Part shown: positions 45,786-55,638 of the stretch, piece after piece | How the letters are laid out: every line of letters begins with the position of its first letter | Numbering within the stretch: position 1 is the stretch's first letter | Source: Acidimicrobiia bacterium | Lineage (GTDB): Bacteria; Actinomycetota; Acidimicrobiia; Acidimicrobiales; Bin134 | Length of the DNA stretch: 64,000 nucleotides | Direction: 5' to 3' | NCBI GenBank assembly: GCA_022826705.1 | Contig: JAJDUJ010000027.1 | Coordinates: forward strand, 167,880 to 231,879 | Translations under genes and position numbers: made by a program | The notes under the pieces: generated by a model | Database searches by the model: none | What the model saw: only the letters and a program-made list of their open reading frames with translations | Told to the model about the DNA's origin: nothing

Positions 45786-46283
45786 TCAGGGGTTGGCCGC
45801 TCGGCCCATCTCGTTGCGAGCCTCGCGGCGGGCGTCTTGTTCGGCAATGGTTTGGCGCTTGTCGGCTCGGCGGCGGCCCCGGGCCAGACCGATCTGCACC
45901 TTGGCCCGGCCTTGCTTGAAGTAGAGGGACAGAGGGACGACGGTGAGGCGGTCTTGCTCTAGGCGGGCCTTGATGCGGTTGAGCTCGCCTCGGTGCAAGA
46001 GCAGCTTCTTGGGGCGGTCGGGGTCGTGGCCACCGGCGCCTCCGGCGTGGCTGTAGGGGGCGATGTGCAGCGACTGGAGCCACAGCTCGCCATCGGCCAT
46101 GCGGGCGTACGACTCGGTGAGGGTCACGTTGGATTCCCGCAGCGACTTCACTTCCGATCCCACCAGCACCAGGCCGGCCTCGTACTCGTCGAGGATCTCG
46201 TAGTCCCTCCGGGCGCGGCGATTGGTAGCCACCACCTTGGTGCGCTCTTGCTCGCTACTCGTCCCCGGCTTCGGCCCGGCCAT
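45786..46283 (-). CDS. smpB: SsrA-binding protein SmpB
   Basis: VATNRRARRDYEILDEYEAGLVLVGSEVKSLRE... and the basic C-terminal tail are typical of SmpB. ATG 46283 is preferred over TTG 46307. Confidence 0.9.
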   Translation of the reverse strand: MAGPKPGTSSEQERTKVVATNRRARRDYEILDEYEAGLVLVGSEVKSLRESNVTLTESYARMADGELWLQSLHIAPYSHAGGAGGHDPDRPKKLLLHRGELNRIKARLEQDRLTVVPLSLYFKQGRAKVQIGLARGRRRADKRQTIAEQDARREARNEMGRAANP

Positions 46284-46339
46284 TGGCTCACGGTACCCGG
46301 GCGGCAAGGGCAGGACAGCGGCAATTGAGCGGTACCCTG

Positions 46340-47284
46340 GTGGGCGTGGCCAACCCGGGAGACACGCCGACAGACGATGCAGTCGGCGATCCCGGTGGCC
46401 AAAATCCGTGGGAGGGCTTCCGGTCGGGGTTCGTGACGCTGTTGGGCCGGCCCAACTCGGGCAAGTCCACCCTCATCAACGCCATCGTGGGCACCAAGGT
46501 GGCCATCGTCTCCGACAAGGCCCAGACCACCCGCCACGCGGTGCGAGGCGTGCTGCACCGCGACGAAGTGCAAGTGGTGTTCGTGGATACCCCTGGTATC
46601 CACAAGCCCCGCACCGCGCTGGGGGAGCGGCTGAACGCCACCGCGGCCGACGCGGCCGACGATGTGGACGTGGTGTGCTTGTGCATCGACGCCACCCGGC
46701 CGCTGGGGCGGGGCGACCGGTTCATCGCCGAACGGCTGGGCCCCGACTCCATCGTGGTGGTGACGAAGATCGACGCCGCCCCCCGCTCCAAGGTGGTGGC
46801 CCAGTTGGCCGCGGCCGGCGAACTGGGGTTCGCCGAGTATTTCCCCACCTCGGCCCGCACCGGAAAGGGGGTGGACGCCCTGGTGGAACGGTTGTGCGAG
46901 CTCATGCCGCCCGGCCCCCCGCTGTACCCCCCCGACATGGTTCGCGACATGCCCGAGGCCCGCTGGGTGGCCGAGTTGGTGCGCGAGCAGCTTCTGGCCG
47001 TGACCCGCGAGGAGCTGCCGCATTCCATAACCGTGGCGGTAACCGAATGGGAGTGGCCCCGCATCAAGGTGGAGATATTGGTGGAGCGGGAGTCGCAGAA
47101 GCCCATGGTGATCGGCAAGAAGGGCACGGTGCTCAAGAAGGTGGGTACCGCGGCCCGGGCCCAGCTCCCCAAGGGCGTGTTCTTGGAGCTGTACGTAGGG
47201 GTGGAGAAGAACTGGCAGCGCCGCCCCGAGATGCTCGACCGCTTCGGCTACGGGCCGGGCTCCATGACTAGCCCCGATCTCTAG
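46340..47284 (+). CDS. era: GTPase Era
   Basis: G1 GRPNSGKST, G3 DTPG, G4 TKID, and a C-terminal KH domain. Start is uncertain (GTG 46340 or 46346; the track start 46283 would collide with smpB). Confidence 0.85.
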   Translation: MGVANPGDTPTDDAVGDPGGQNPWEGFRSGFVTLLGRPNSGKSTLINAIVGTKVAIVSDKAQTTRHAVRGVLHRDEVQVVFVDTPGIHKPRTALGERLNATAADAADDVDVVCLCIDATRPLGRGDRFIAERLGPDSIVVVTKIDAAPRSKVVAQLAAAGELGFAEYFPTSARTGKGVDALVERLCELMPPGPPLYPPDMVRDMPEARWVAELVREQLLAVTREELPHSITVAVTEWEWPRIKVEILVERESQKPMVIGKKGTVLKKVGTAARAQLPKGVFLELYVGVEKNWQRRPEMLDRFGYGPGSMTSPDL

Positions 47285-47299
47285 GCCCCGACCTGTAGG

Positions 47300-49183
47300 T
47301 CAGACCCCGTCGCGAATAGACCGCAGCAGAACTTCGGCCTGGTCGCGCTCGGCGGTACGGGGGAACGGGGGTAGGGCGTCGACGAGCGTCCAGCGGTAGC
47401 CGGCGGTGGCCATCCGGGAGTCGAGCACCGCCACCACGCCCCGGTCGTCGCCTCGTCGGATGAGCCGCCCCGCGCCCTGGGCCAGCCGGGTGGCGGCCCG
47501 GGGCAGGTCTACGAGGCGGAAGGCCTCTTTGCCGTAGCGCTCTCGCCGGGCCTCCAGCAGGGGGTCGTCGGGCCGGGGGAACGGCAGGCGGTCGATCACC
47601 ACCAGCGACAGCGACTCTCCCGGCACGTCCACTCCCTGCCAAAAGCTCATGGTGGCGAACAGGCAGCTCTCCACCTCGGCGACGAAGCGCCGCAACAGCT
47701 CGGGTTTGGGCAGGTCGCGCTGGGTATAGATCTCGAAGTCGAGCTGGCCTCGCAGCACCTCGGCGGCCCGGTCCATGGCCCGGTAGCTGGTGAACAGGGC
47801 CAAGGTCCGGCCCCCCGCGGCCTTGATCAGCGCGGCCAGTTCCTCGTGGGCAGCCGACTCGTAGTCAGGGCCACGGGGTTCCGGCAGGTGCTTGGCGCAG
47901 TAGAGCAGCGCGTTGGCCTCGTAGTCGAACGGACTGCCCACGTCGACGGCGTCGTGCTCGTCGGGGTGCAGCCCCAGCACCTCGCCCAGGTTCATCGGGA
48001 TGGTGGCGCTGGTCAGCACCGCGGTGGTGTGCTCCCACAGGTGCTCGGTCAACAGTTCCCCCAGTTGGATAGGGGCGATCCGCCATGCGGGGGCCGACTC
48101 GGTGCCCGACACCCAGGCCACCTCAGCGGGGGTGGCGTCCACTGCCCGGGCTAGATCCTCCGCTAAGGCACCTGCCGACAGCATGGCCCGCAGTTTGCGG
48201 GGGGCGACGTCGCCGGGAGCGTCCTCGGGCACTCCCCGCAGCTCGACAAGCGCCTGCTCCACCCGGCCCCGGGCCACCACGGCTGTGCGCTGGAGTTCGT
48301 CGGGCAACGGAACCGGCAACGGCTTGTCCCGGTAAGGCGACAGGGCCTCCCGCAAAAGCTCGCCGGCATCCTCCAAGTCGCCGGCCGCGGCCGACTCGGC
48401 CACCACCGCCCGAACGCGGCGGGCCAACTCGTCGAACCGCCCCCCGGACAAAGACAGCCCCGCGGTGTCGGACACGATGTCTTCCAGGCCGTGGGCCTCG
48501 TCGATCACCACCGTGTCGTGCTCGGGCAGAAGCGGGACTTCGCTGAACAGGTGCAGGCAGTAGAGGTGGGTGTTCACCACCACAACCTCGGCGGCCCCGG
48601 CCCGGTGGCGGGCCTTCTCCGCGAAGCACACCTCACCCGACGGGCAGCGCTGCGCCCCCGGACACTCCCGGCCCGACACGCTGAGCGCATCCCAGGCGGC
48701 GGGGGAGGGCTCGAAGTCGAGCTCGGCCCGGTCGCCGGTGTCGGTTTGTCCGGCCCACGCCGCCAGCCGCTTGATCTCCGCTTTGGGGCGGTCGGCGATT
48801 TCCAGGCTCAGCTGGTCGTCGGCGAGGTGCTCTTCCAAGCGCTGGAGGCACAGATAATTGGACCGCCCCTTGAGCACGGCGAAACGCACCGGTTGTCCCA
48901 GCGCCTCGGCCAGTTGGGGGAGGTCTTTGTCGACTAGCTGGTCTTGGAGGGTCTTGGTGGCGGTGGCCACCACCGAGGGGCCTTCACCCAGAACCAGCGG
49001 CACCAGATAGGCCAGCGACTTGCCGGTGCCGGTGCCGGCGGCCACCACCAGATGCCGCCCCGACTCCATCGCATCAGCCACTGCCTCACACATGGCCCGC
49101 TGCCCCGGCCGACGCTCGCCGCCGCCGTCTAACGCGGCGACGGCCGCCTCCAGAGCCTCGTCGACAGCGGCGATTTCCGGCAT
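47300..49183 (-). CDS. ATP-dependent DNA helicase, DinG/XPD-like (superfamily 2, Fe-S type)
   Basis: Start moved to ATG 49183 (MPEIAAVDE...). Motif I AGTGTGKSLAYL, DEAH box VVIDEAHGLED, and a Cys cluster ECPGAQRCPSGEVC. Confidence 0.85.
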   Translation of the reverse strand: MPEIAAVDEALEAAVAALDGGGERRPGQRAMCEAVADAMESGRHLVVAAGTGTGKSLAYLVPLVLGEGPSVVATATKTLQDQLVDKDLPQLAEALGQPVRFAVLKGRSNYLCLQRLEEHLADDQLSLEIADRPKAEIKRLAAWAGQTDTGDRAELDFEPSPAAWDALSVSGRECPGAQRCPSGEVCFAEKARHRAGAAEVVVVNTHLYCLHLFSEVPLLPEHDTVVIDEAHGLEDIVSDTAGLSLSGGRFDELARRVRAVVAESAAAGDLEDAGELLREALSPYRDKPLPVPLPDELQRTAVVARGRVEQALVELRGVPEDAPGDVAPRKLRAMLSAGALAEDLARAVDATPAEVAWVSGTESAPAWRIAPIQLGELLTEHLWEHTTAVLTSATIPMNLGEVLGLHPDEHDAVDVGSPFDYEANALLYCAKHLPEPRGPDYESAAHEELAALIKAAGGRTLALFTSYRAMDRAAEVLRGQLDFEIYTQRDLPKPELLRRFVAEVESCLFATMSFWQGVDVPGESLSLVVIDRLPFPRPDDPLLEARRERYGKEAFRLVDLPRAATRLAQGAGRLIRRGDDRGVVAVLDSRMATAGYRWTLVDALPPFPRTAERDQAEVLLRSIRDGV

Positions 49184-49285
49184 CACCCCGACGCTAGTGG
49201 TGGCTGGTCGAAGAATCGGGGAGAAACCCGATTGGGAGGCTTCTCCCGCACACAATCGGGGCTCGCGGGGGAGTACCGTGCAGGT

Positions 49286-50008
49286 GTGGACTTGTCGGGT
49301 CATGGCCTGGATCTGAATCGAATCCCCCGCCATGTCGGATGCGTGATGGACGGCAACGGGCGCTGGGCCGAGCAGCGGGGCATGGCCCGCACCGAGGGCC
49401 ACGAGCAGGGTGAGCACGCTCTGTTCGACGTGATCGAGGGGGCGCTGGAGCTGGGCATCGAGTGGCTCACGGTGTACGCCTTCTCCACTGAGAACTGGAA
49501 CCGGCCCGACGACGAGGTGCGGTTCTTGCTGAACTTCAACCGCACCATCTTGCGGCGGCGATGTGACGAGCTGAACGAGATGGGGGTGCGGATCCGCTTC
49601 ATCGGCCGACGCGATTGGCGAGTGCCCAAAGGCCTGATCAAAGAGATGGACGAGGCCATCGAGCTCACCCAGCACAACAAGCGGATGACGCTGGCGGTGG
49701 CCTTCAATTACGGAGGCCGAGCTGAGATCGTGGACGCGGTGAAGCGCATCGCGGCCCAGCGGACCCCGTCTCGCATGATCAACGAGCGGACCATCGCTCG
49801 CCACCTGTACGACCAAGAAATGCCCGAGCCCGACCTCATCATCCGCACCTCGGGTGAATACCGCATCTCCAATTTCCTGTTGTGGGAGCTGGCCTACTCA
49901 GAACTGGTGTTCAGCGATGTGCTGTGGCCCGACTTCACCCGCCACGACCTGTTTGCCGCCATTGCCGAGTACCAGCACCGCCACCGCCGCTTCGGCCGGG
50001 TCAGATAA
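49286..50008 (+). CDS. uppS: Isoprenyl transferase / undecaprenyl-diphosphate synthase
   Basis: Motifs DGNGRWA, AFSTENWNRP and IRTSGEYRISNFLLWE. Start is GTG 49286 or an upstream alternative at 49232. Confidence 0.9.
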   Translation: MDLSGHGLDLNRIPRHVGCVMDGNGRWAEQRGMARTEGHEQGEHALFDVIEGALELGIEWLTVYAFSTENWNRPDDEVRFLLNFNRTILRRRCDELNEMGVRIRFIGRRDWRVPKGLIKEMDEAIELTQHNKRMTLAVAFNYGGRAEIVDAVKRIAAQRTPSRMINERTIARHLYDQEMPEPDLIIRTSGEYRISNFLLWELAYSELVFSDVLWPDFTRHDLFAAIAEYQHRHRRFGRVR

Positions 50009-50058
50009 CGGGCGCACCATGAGCCACTCCCGGTTCGAGGAGTGAGAGGCTTGGTCCG

Positions 50059-50772
50059 GTGAGCCTCTACCGGGACCAGGGGATCGTGCTTCGCACCTAC
50101 AAGTTGGGCGAGGCCGATCGCATCGTGGTGTTCTGCACTCGGGGGCACGGCAAGGTAAGGGCGGTGGCCAAAGGCGTCCGCAAAACCCGCAGCCGGTTCG
50201 GAGGCCGCCTCGAGCCCACCAGCCATGTGCAACTCCAGCTCCACCGGGGGCGAAGCGAACTCGACATAGTTACCCAGGTCGAGTCGGTGGACCAGTTCCG
50301 GGAGGTGCGGGAGGATTTGGGCCGGCTGGGCAAGGCCATGGCCATGCTGGAGGCGATCGACCGCGTGGGAGTCGACCGGGAGTCCGACGGCGCGCTCTAC
50401 CGGATGCTGCTGGGCGGACTCCGGGCGCTGGACGCGGGCGACTCGGCGCTGGTGGTGCCCGCCTTCTATCTCAAGCTCCTGGTCCACGACGGTGTCGGAC
50501 CCGAGGTGGGGGCATGCGCTTCGTGCGGAGCTGATGGCGATCTTTCGGCCTTCGACTACGGCAGCGGCGGCGCGCTGTGCCGCAACTGCCGCCGAGGAAC
50601 CCCCCTGTCGCCCGACGCCCTAGACCTGATGCGCATGGTGCTTGGCGGCAGCCTCAGCGCCGCCCTGTCTCTGCCCCCCTCGCCCGCCACCAGCGAAGTC
50701 GAGCACTTGGCTACCGCCGCCATGGAGCACCACCTAGAACGCCGCCTCCGCGCCGCGGGTGCCTACAGCTGA
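50059..50772 (+). CDS. recO: DNA repair protein RecO
   Basis: 237-aa ORF: [21 protein letters not shown] (OB fold) and a C-x2-C...C-x2-C zinc motif (CASCG...CRNCR). Confidence 0.9.
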   Translation: MSLYRDQGIVLRTYKLGEADRIVVFCTRGHGKVRAVAKGVRKTRSRFGGRLEPTSHVQLQLHRGRSELDIVTQVESVDQFREVREDLGRLGKAMAMLEAIDRVGVDRESDGALYRMLLGGLRALDAGDSALVVPAFYLKLLVHDGVGPEVGACASCGADGDLSAFDYGSGGALCRNCRRGTPLSPDALDLMRMVLGGSLSAALSLPPSPATSEVEHLATAAMEHHLERRLRAAGAYS

Positions 50773-50845
50773 GAGTCTCGGTCCGAAGTGTGCCCGCCCC
50801 TTTTCGGTGTCAGGCCTGTCACTGGGGGCCGGTAGCCTGCGGGCC

Positions 50846-52183
50846 ATGAGTGGTGGCGACGTCGACCGGGGTGCGGGCGACGAGGTGATGGACAAGGTGG
50901 TGAACCTCTGCAAGCGGCGGGGGTTCGTGTACCAGTCGGCGGAGATCTACGGCGGATTCCGCAGCGCCTACGACTACGGCCCTCTGGGCGTGCTGCTGCT
51001 GCGCAACGTGAAGGACGCCTGGTGGCGGACCATGGTGCAGCTCCGCACCGATGTGGTGGGCCTGGACGCATCCATCCTGTCGCCCCCCCAGGTGTGGGAG
51101 GCATCGGGTCACCTGACCAACTTCACCGACCCCCTGGTGGACTGTCGCAACTGCGGCGCGCGCCACCGCGAGGACCAGCTGGAAGACCCAGATACGTGCC
51201 CGAGTTGCGGCGCAAAGGGCCAGCTCACCGAGGCGCGGGAATTCAATCTGATGTTCCAAACCCAGGCTGGCCCGGTGGCCGGGGCCGGCGCCGACGTATA
51301 CCTGCGGCCCGAGACGGCCCAGGGCATGTTCATCAACTTCGCCAACGTGTTGAACACCGTGCGCACCAAGCCGCCCTTCGGCATCGCCCAGATCGGCAAG
51401 TCGTTTCGCAACGAGATCACCCCGGGCAACTTCATCTTCCGCACTCGGGAGTTCGAGCAGATGGAGATGGAGTTTTTCGTGCCCCCTGACGAAGCCGCCA
51501 TGTGGTTCGAATACTGGTGCAGCGCCCGGATGGACTGGTACACCGAACTGGGCATCCCCGCCGACAAGCTGCGGCTGCGGCCCCACGACGCCGACGAGCT
51601 GAGCCACTACTCGGCCGGCACCGCCGATGTGGAATACCTGTTTCCGTGGGGCTGGGGTGAGCTGGAGGGCATAGCCAACCGCAGCGACTACGACCTCACC
51701 CAGCACGCTGAGCACTCCGGCGTCGACCTGGACTACTACGACCAGCAGGCCGACGAGCGCTACCGCCCCCACGTAATCGAGCCGGCCGCAGGGGCCACCC
51801 GCACGATGATGGCGTTTCTGCTGGCCGCCTTCGACACCGAGGAGGTGCGGGGGGAGACCCGCACCGTGCTTCGGCTCCACCCCCGGCTGGCCCCCTACAA
51901 GGCCGCGGTACTGCCCCTGTCGAAGAAGCCCGAGCTCCAAGCGGTATCCGAGGAGGTACTGGGACTGCTCCAACCCCGCTGGATGACCGACTACGACGTG
52001 ACCCAGTCGATCGGCCGCCGCTATCGCCGCCAGGACGAGATCGGCACTCCCTACTGCGTGACCGTGGACTTCGACTCCCTGGAAGATCGGGCGGTTACGG
52101 TGCGCGACCGCGACACCATGGACCAAGACCGGGTGCCCATCGACGGGCTGGCCGAGCATCTGGACGCCAAGCTGGGGCTTTGA
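50846..52183 (+). CDS. glyQS: Glycine--tRNA ligase (dimeric class II type)
   Basis: [34 protein letters not shown] and class II motifs. Start is ATG 50846 or 50888. Confidence 0.9.
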   Translation: MSGGDVDRGAGDEVMDKVVNLCKRRGFVYQSAEIYGGFRSAYDYGPLGVLLLRNVKDAWWRTMVQLRTDVVGLDASILSPPQVWEASGHLTNFTDPLVDCRNCGARHREDQLEDPDTCPSCGAKGQLTEAREFNLMFQTQAGPVAGAGADVYLRPETAQGMFINFANVLNTVRTKPPFGIAQIGKSFRNEITPGNFIFRTREFEQMEMEFFVPPDEAAMWFEYWCSARMDWYTELGIPADKLRLRPHDADELSHYSAGTADVEYLFPWGWGELEGIANRSDYDLTQHAEHSGVDLDYYDQQADERYRPHVIEPAAGATRTMMAFLLAAFDTEEVRGETRTVLRLHPRLAPYKAAVLPLSKKPELQAVSEEVLGLLQPRWMTDYDVTQSIGRRYRRQDEIGTPYCVTVDFDSLEDRAVTVRDRDTMDQDRVPIDGLAEHLDAKLGL

Positions 52184-52193
52184 GGTTGCGGCG

Positions 52194-53714
52194 GTGACCA
52201 GCCCGATCGTCGCCGCGGTGCAGGCCGTCGAACGGGGCGAGCTAGAGAGGGCTGACGCGGTGCTGGCGGTGGCGCCCGACGACGTGGAAGACCTGCTCCA
52301 CGCAAAGATGACCGATGGCCCGTCGGCGCCGGTGGCTGCCCACGGGGTGGCCGCTTCGCCAGGAGCGGCGTCGGGCCGGGTGTGCCTGACGGTGGATGCG
52401 GTGCTGGACGCCGACGACGAGGGTGTCTCCGCGGTGTTTGTTAGGCCGTTCACCACCCCGGCCGACGAAGTAGCCATGTCGGCCGCCGCCGCCATCATCA
52501 CTGCCAAAGGGGGAATGGCCAGCCACGCAGCGGTGATCGCCCGAGGCTGGGGCATCCCCGCAGTGGTGGGGGTGGAGACCCTGGCGGTGGACGTCGCAGC
52601 CGGAGCAGCCCGGTTGGGCGAGGTGGAACTGCGCGACGGCGATCCCATCACCGTGGACGGCTCGGCGGGCACAATCATGCTGGGCGCCGCTGAGGTGGGC
52701 GAAGTGGAGATTCCCGACGAGCTGTTCACGCTGCTGGGCTGGGCCGACGAACTACGGGGCGGGCGGTTGGCGGTGCAAGCCAACGCCGACGATGCCTTCT
52801 CGGCCCGACTGGCCCGAGAATTCGGGGCCACCGGGTTGGGGCTGTGCCGCACCGAGCACATGTTCTTGGGGGAGCGGCTGCCGCTCATCCAGCGGGCCAT
52901 CACCGACGGCGGGCCGGCGGCGCTGGACGCCCTGGCCGAGGCACAGGTTGGGGATCTGGTGGATCTCTTGGAGGTCATGGATGGTTTGCCGGTGACCGTC
53001 CGGATGCTTGATCCGCCCCTGCACGAGTTCTTGCCCGACCATCCCGAGCTGGTTGAGGAGAACCCCATGCTCGGCGTGCGGGGCGCTCGGCTGGGGGTGC
53101 TGCGTCCTGAGCTGTATCGAGCCCAGGCCAAAGCAGTGGCCGAGGCGGCCGCTCGTCAGGAGGCGGCCGGAGGCGATCCCCGGGTGCAGATCATGGTGCC
53201 ACTGGTGGTGGGCGGCCCCGAGCTGTCCCATGTGCGGGCTGCGGTGGCCAACGTGCTGGCCGGATTCGAGAGCCGATTGGGGGGCCGAGCCATCCCGGTG
53301 GGGGCCATGATCGAAACCCCCCGCTCGGCGCTGGCCGCGGCTGAAATCGCCGCTTGCGCCGACTTCTTGTCGGTGGGCACCAACGACTTGACCCAGATGA
53401 CCTTCGGATTCTGCCGCGATGACATCGAAGCCCGGATCATGCGGCCCTACATCGATCACGGCCTTCTGGCGGCCAACCCGTTCGAGACCCTGGACGAGAC
53501 CGGGGTGGGCCGGCTGGTGGCCGATGCGGTGACCGCGGCCCACGGCGCCCGCCCCGGCGTCGAGATCGGGGTGTGCGGCGAGCACGGCGGCGATCCTGCG
53601 TCGATCGCGTTCTTGGCCGCCGCGGGGGTGGACTATGTTTCCTGCTCCCCGCATCGGGTACCGGTGGCCCGGCTGGCGGCTGCCCAGGCGGTTGTGGCCT
53701 CGTGGTCCGGCTAG
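52194..53714 (+). CDS. ppdK: Short pyruvate,phosphate dikinase-like protein (phosphohistidine swivel + PEP/pyruvate TIM-barrel domains only)
   Basis: 506-aa ORF with TAKGGMASHAAVIARGWGIPAVVG (catalytic His), GLCRTEHMF, SVGTNDLTQM and CGEHGGDP. There is no N-terminal ATP-grasp domain. Confidence 0.8.
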   Translation: MTSPIVAAVQAVERGELERADAVLAVAPDDVEDLLHAKMTDGPSAPVAAHGVAASPGAASGRVCLTVDAVLDADDEGVSAVFVRPFTTPADEVAMSAAAAIITAKGGMASHAAVIARGWGIPAVVGVETLAVDVAAGAARLGEVELRDGDPITVDGSAGTIMLGAAEVGEVEIPDELFTLLGWADELRGGRLAVQANADDAFSARLAREFGATGLGLCRTEHMFLGERLPLIQRAITDGGPAALDALAEAQVGDLVDLLEVMDGLPVTVRMLDPPLHEFLPDHPELVEENPMLGVRGARLGVLRPELYRAQAKAVAEAAARQEAAGGDPRVQIMVPLVVGGPELSHVRAAVANVLAGFESRLGGRAIPVGAMIETPRSALAAAEIAACADFLSVGTNDLTQMTFGFCRDDIEARIMRPYIDHGLLAANPFETLDETGVGRLVADAVTAAHGARPGVEIGVCGEHGGDPASIAFLAAAGVDYVSCSPHRVPVARLAAAQAVVASWSG

Positions 53715-53755
53715 CGACTGCCCAAGCTGTCATCGGTTCGGCCTAATCTCCCACT

Positions 53756-55633
53756 GTGGGCATCCACGACGAAGACGTGGCCCGGGTGAGAGAAGCGACG
53801 GACATCGTCGCGGTCATCAGCGAATACGTACAGCTGAAGCGGGTCGGGCGCCGCTGGCAGGGACTGTGCCCGTTCCATGCTGAGAAAACCCCTTCGTTCT
53901 CGGTGAACGCGGAGATGGGCGTGTATCACTGCTTCGGGTGCAAGGCCAGCGGCGACGCCATCACCTTTGTAAGGGAGGTGGAGCACGCCGATTTCGTCGA
54001 GGCGGTGGAGCGCTTGGCCGCGCGGTCGGGGATCGTGCTGCGCTACACCTCGCCCGGCGAGGGCGCCGACCGTCAGAAACGGGGCAAGCTCACCGAGGCC
54101 CTAGAGCAGGCAGTGGAGTGGTACCACCAGCGGCTGTTGACCTCCCCCGACGCCGGACAGGCCCGCGGCTATCTCCGCCACCGGGGCTACGACGGAGACG
54201 TGGTGCGCCAGTACAAGCTGGGATGGGCGCCCGACGACTGGGATGCGCTGGCCGCCGACCTCGGGGTGGGCAAAGACGGGGGGATGCCAGTGCAGGTGTT
54301 CTCCGACGCCGGACTGGGGTTCCGCAACAAGGGCAGGCGCATCCAAGACAGCTTCCGAGCCCGGCTCCTGTTCCCCATCTTCGACCCCAGCGGCAAGCCG
54401 GTGGGGTTCGGAGGTCGCGTCTTGCCCGGTGGGGAGGGGCCCAAGTACAAGAACTCGGTGGACAACGCCGTGTATTGCAAGTCCCGAGTGCTGTACGGCC
54501 TCAACTGGGCCAAACAGGACATTGTGAACGCCGGCGAAGTGATCGTGTGCGAGGGCTACACCGACGTGATCGGCTTCGCCCAAGCCGGCATCTCCCGAGC
54601 CGTGGCCACCTGCGGAACGGCCCTCACCGAGGACCATGTGCGGGTGCTGCGCCGGTTCGCCCCCCGAATCGTGTTGGCCTTCGACGCCGACTCCGCCGGC
54701 CAGACCGCAGCCGAGCGATTCTCCCAGTGGGAGCACGCCTTCGAGCTGGAGGTGGCGGTGGCCGACCTGCCCACGGGGGCCGACCCCGGCGACCTGGCCC
54801 AGAGCGATCCCGAGCGGCTGGCGGGTGCGGTGGGGAGCGCGGTGGACTTCATGGACTTCCGCATCAACCGGGTGTTGGGGGAGGCCGACCTGTCGACGGT
54901 CAAGGGACAGGTGCGGGCGGGGGAGCGGGCCGCCCGGCTGGTGTCCGAGCACCCCAATCCCGAAATCCGCGACAAGTATCTGGTGGAGGTGGCTGATCGC
55001 TGCTCAGTGAGCACCGATCATCTGCGAGGAGTGGTGGCCGACGCCCGCCGCCGGGGTCGGGGACGGGCGACCCGCCCGGCTGGCGACGATGCGCCCCATC
55101 CGGCCGACGCGGGCAGCCAGCCGAGCGGGGATCGCGGGGACCACTCGGTTTACGAGGGCAGCGGGGCCAACGGCAGTCCCGACAGCCCTCCGCCTAACAA
55201 TGTGGAACGCCAAGTGCTGTGGCTGGCGGCCAATGAGCCCAGCGAAGTGTGGCCGGAGATCGTCCCAGAGATGTTCGACCATCCCCTGTACCGAGGCGGG
55301 TTCGAGGCCATGTTGGAGTACCCGGACATGGAAGCGCTGCTGGCCGAGGCAGACCCGCCGCTGGTGGGCCTCATGAGGGAGCTGCTGGTGGCCGAGGACG
55401 AGGACCTGCGGGCCAGCACTCATCGCCAAGAGGTGGCCATGGCCATCCTGTTGTACGAGTCGGCCCAGCGGGAGCTGGCCTACCTAGAGCGCCAAGCCCG
55501 AACCGGAGTCGTCGATGACGACCTGCTGCGCCGGGTAGCGAGTTTGAAAACGGCGATGGACAAGCTCCGGGAGTCGGAGTGGGAGGCCGAGCAGGCCCGC
55601 GCCCTGCTGGAGCTGCTGCGGCCCGGGGTGTAG
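53756..55633 (+). CDS. dnaG: DNA primase DnaG
   Basis: Zinc ribbon CPFHAEKTPSF...YHCFGC, RNA polymerase core, Toprim EGYTDV...FDADSAG. Confidence 0.9.
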   Translation: MGIHDEDVARVREATDIVAVISEYVQLKRVGRRWQGLCPFHAEKTPSFSVNAEMGVYHCFGCKASGDAITFVREVEHADFVEAVERLAARSGIVLRYTSPGEGADRQKRGKLTEALEQAVEWYHQRLLTSPDAGQARGYLRHRGYDGDVVRQYKLGWAPDDWDALAADLGVGKDGGMPVQVFSDAGLGFRNKGRRIQDSFRARLLFPIFDPSGKPVGFGGRVLPGGEGPKYKNSVDNAVYCKSRVLYGLNWAKQDIVNAGEVIVCEGYTDVIGFAQAGISRAVATCGTALTEDHVRVLRRFAPRIVLAFDADSAGQTAAERFSQWEHAFELEVAVADLPTGADPGDLAQSDPERLAGAVGSAVDFMDFRINRVLGEADLSTVKGQVRAGERAARLVSEHPNPEIRDKYLVEVADRCSVSTDHLRGVVADARRRGRGRATRPAGDDAPHPADAGSQPSGDRGDHSVYEGSGANGSPDSPPPNNVERQVLWLAANEPSEVWPEIVPEMFDHPLYRGGFEAMLEYPDMEALLAEADPPLVGLMRELLVAEDEDLRASTHRQEVAMAILLYESAQRELAYLERQARTGVVDDDLLRRVASLKTAMDKLRESEWEAEQARALLELLRPGV

Positions 55634-55638
55634 GCAGG

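Noticed and set aside
50819-53131. 770-aa minus-strand ORF antisense to glyQS and ppdK
   Set aside because: The sequence is low-complexity (Ser/Ala/Pro/Arg) and spans two well-supported plus-strand genes and their intergenic gap. It is a GC-driven absence of stop codons.
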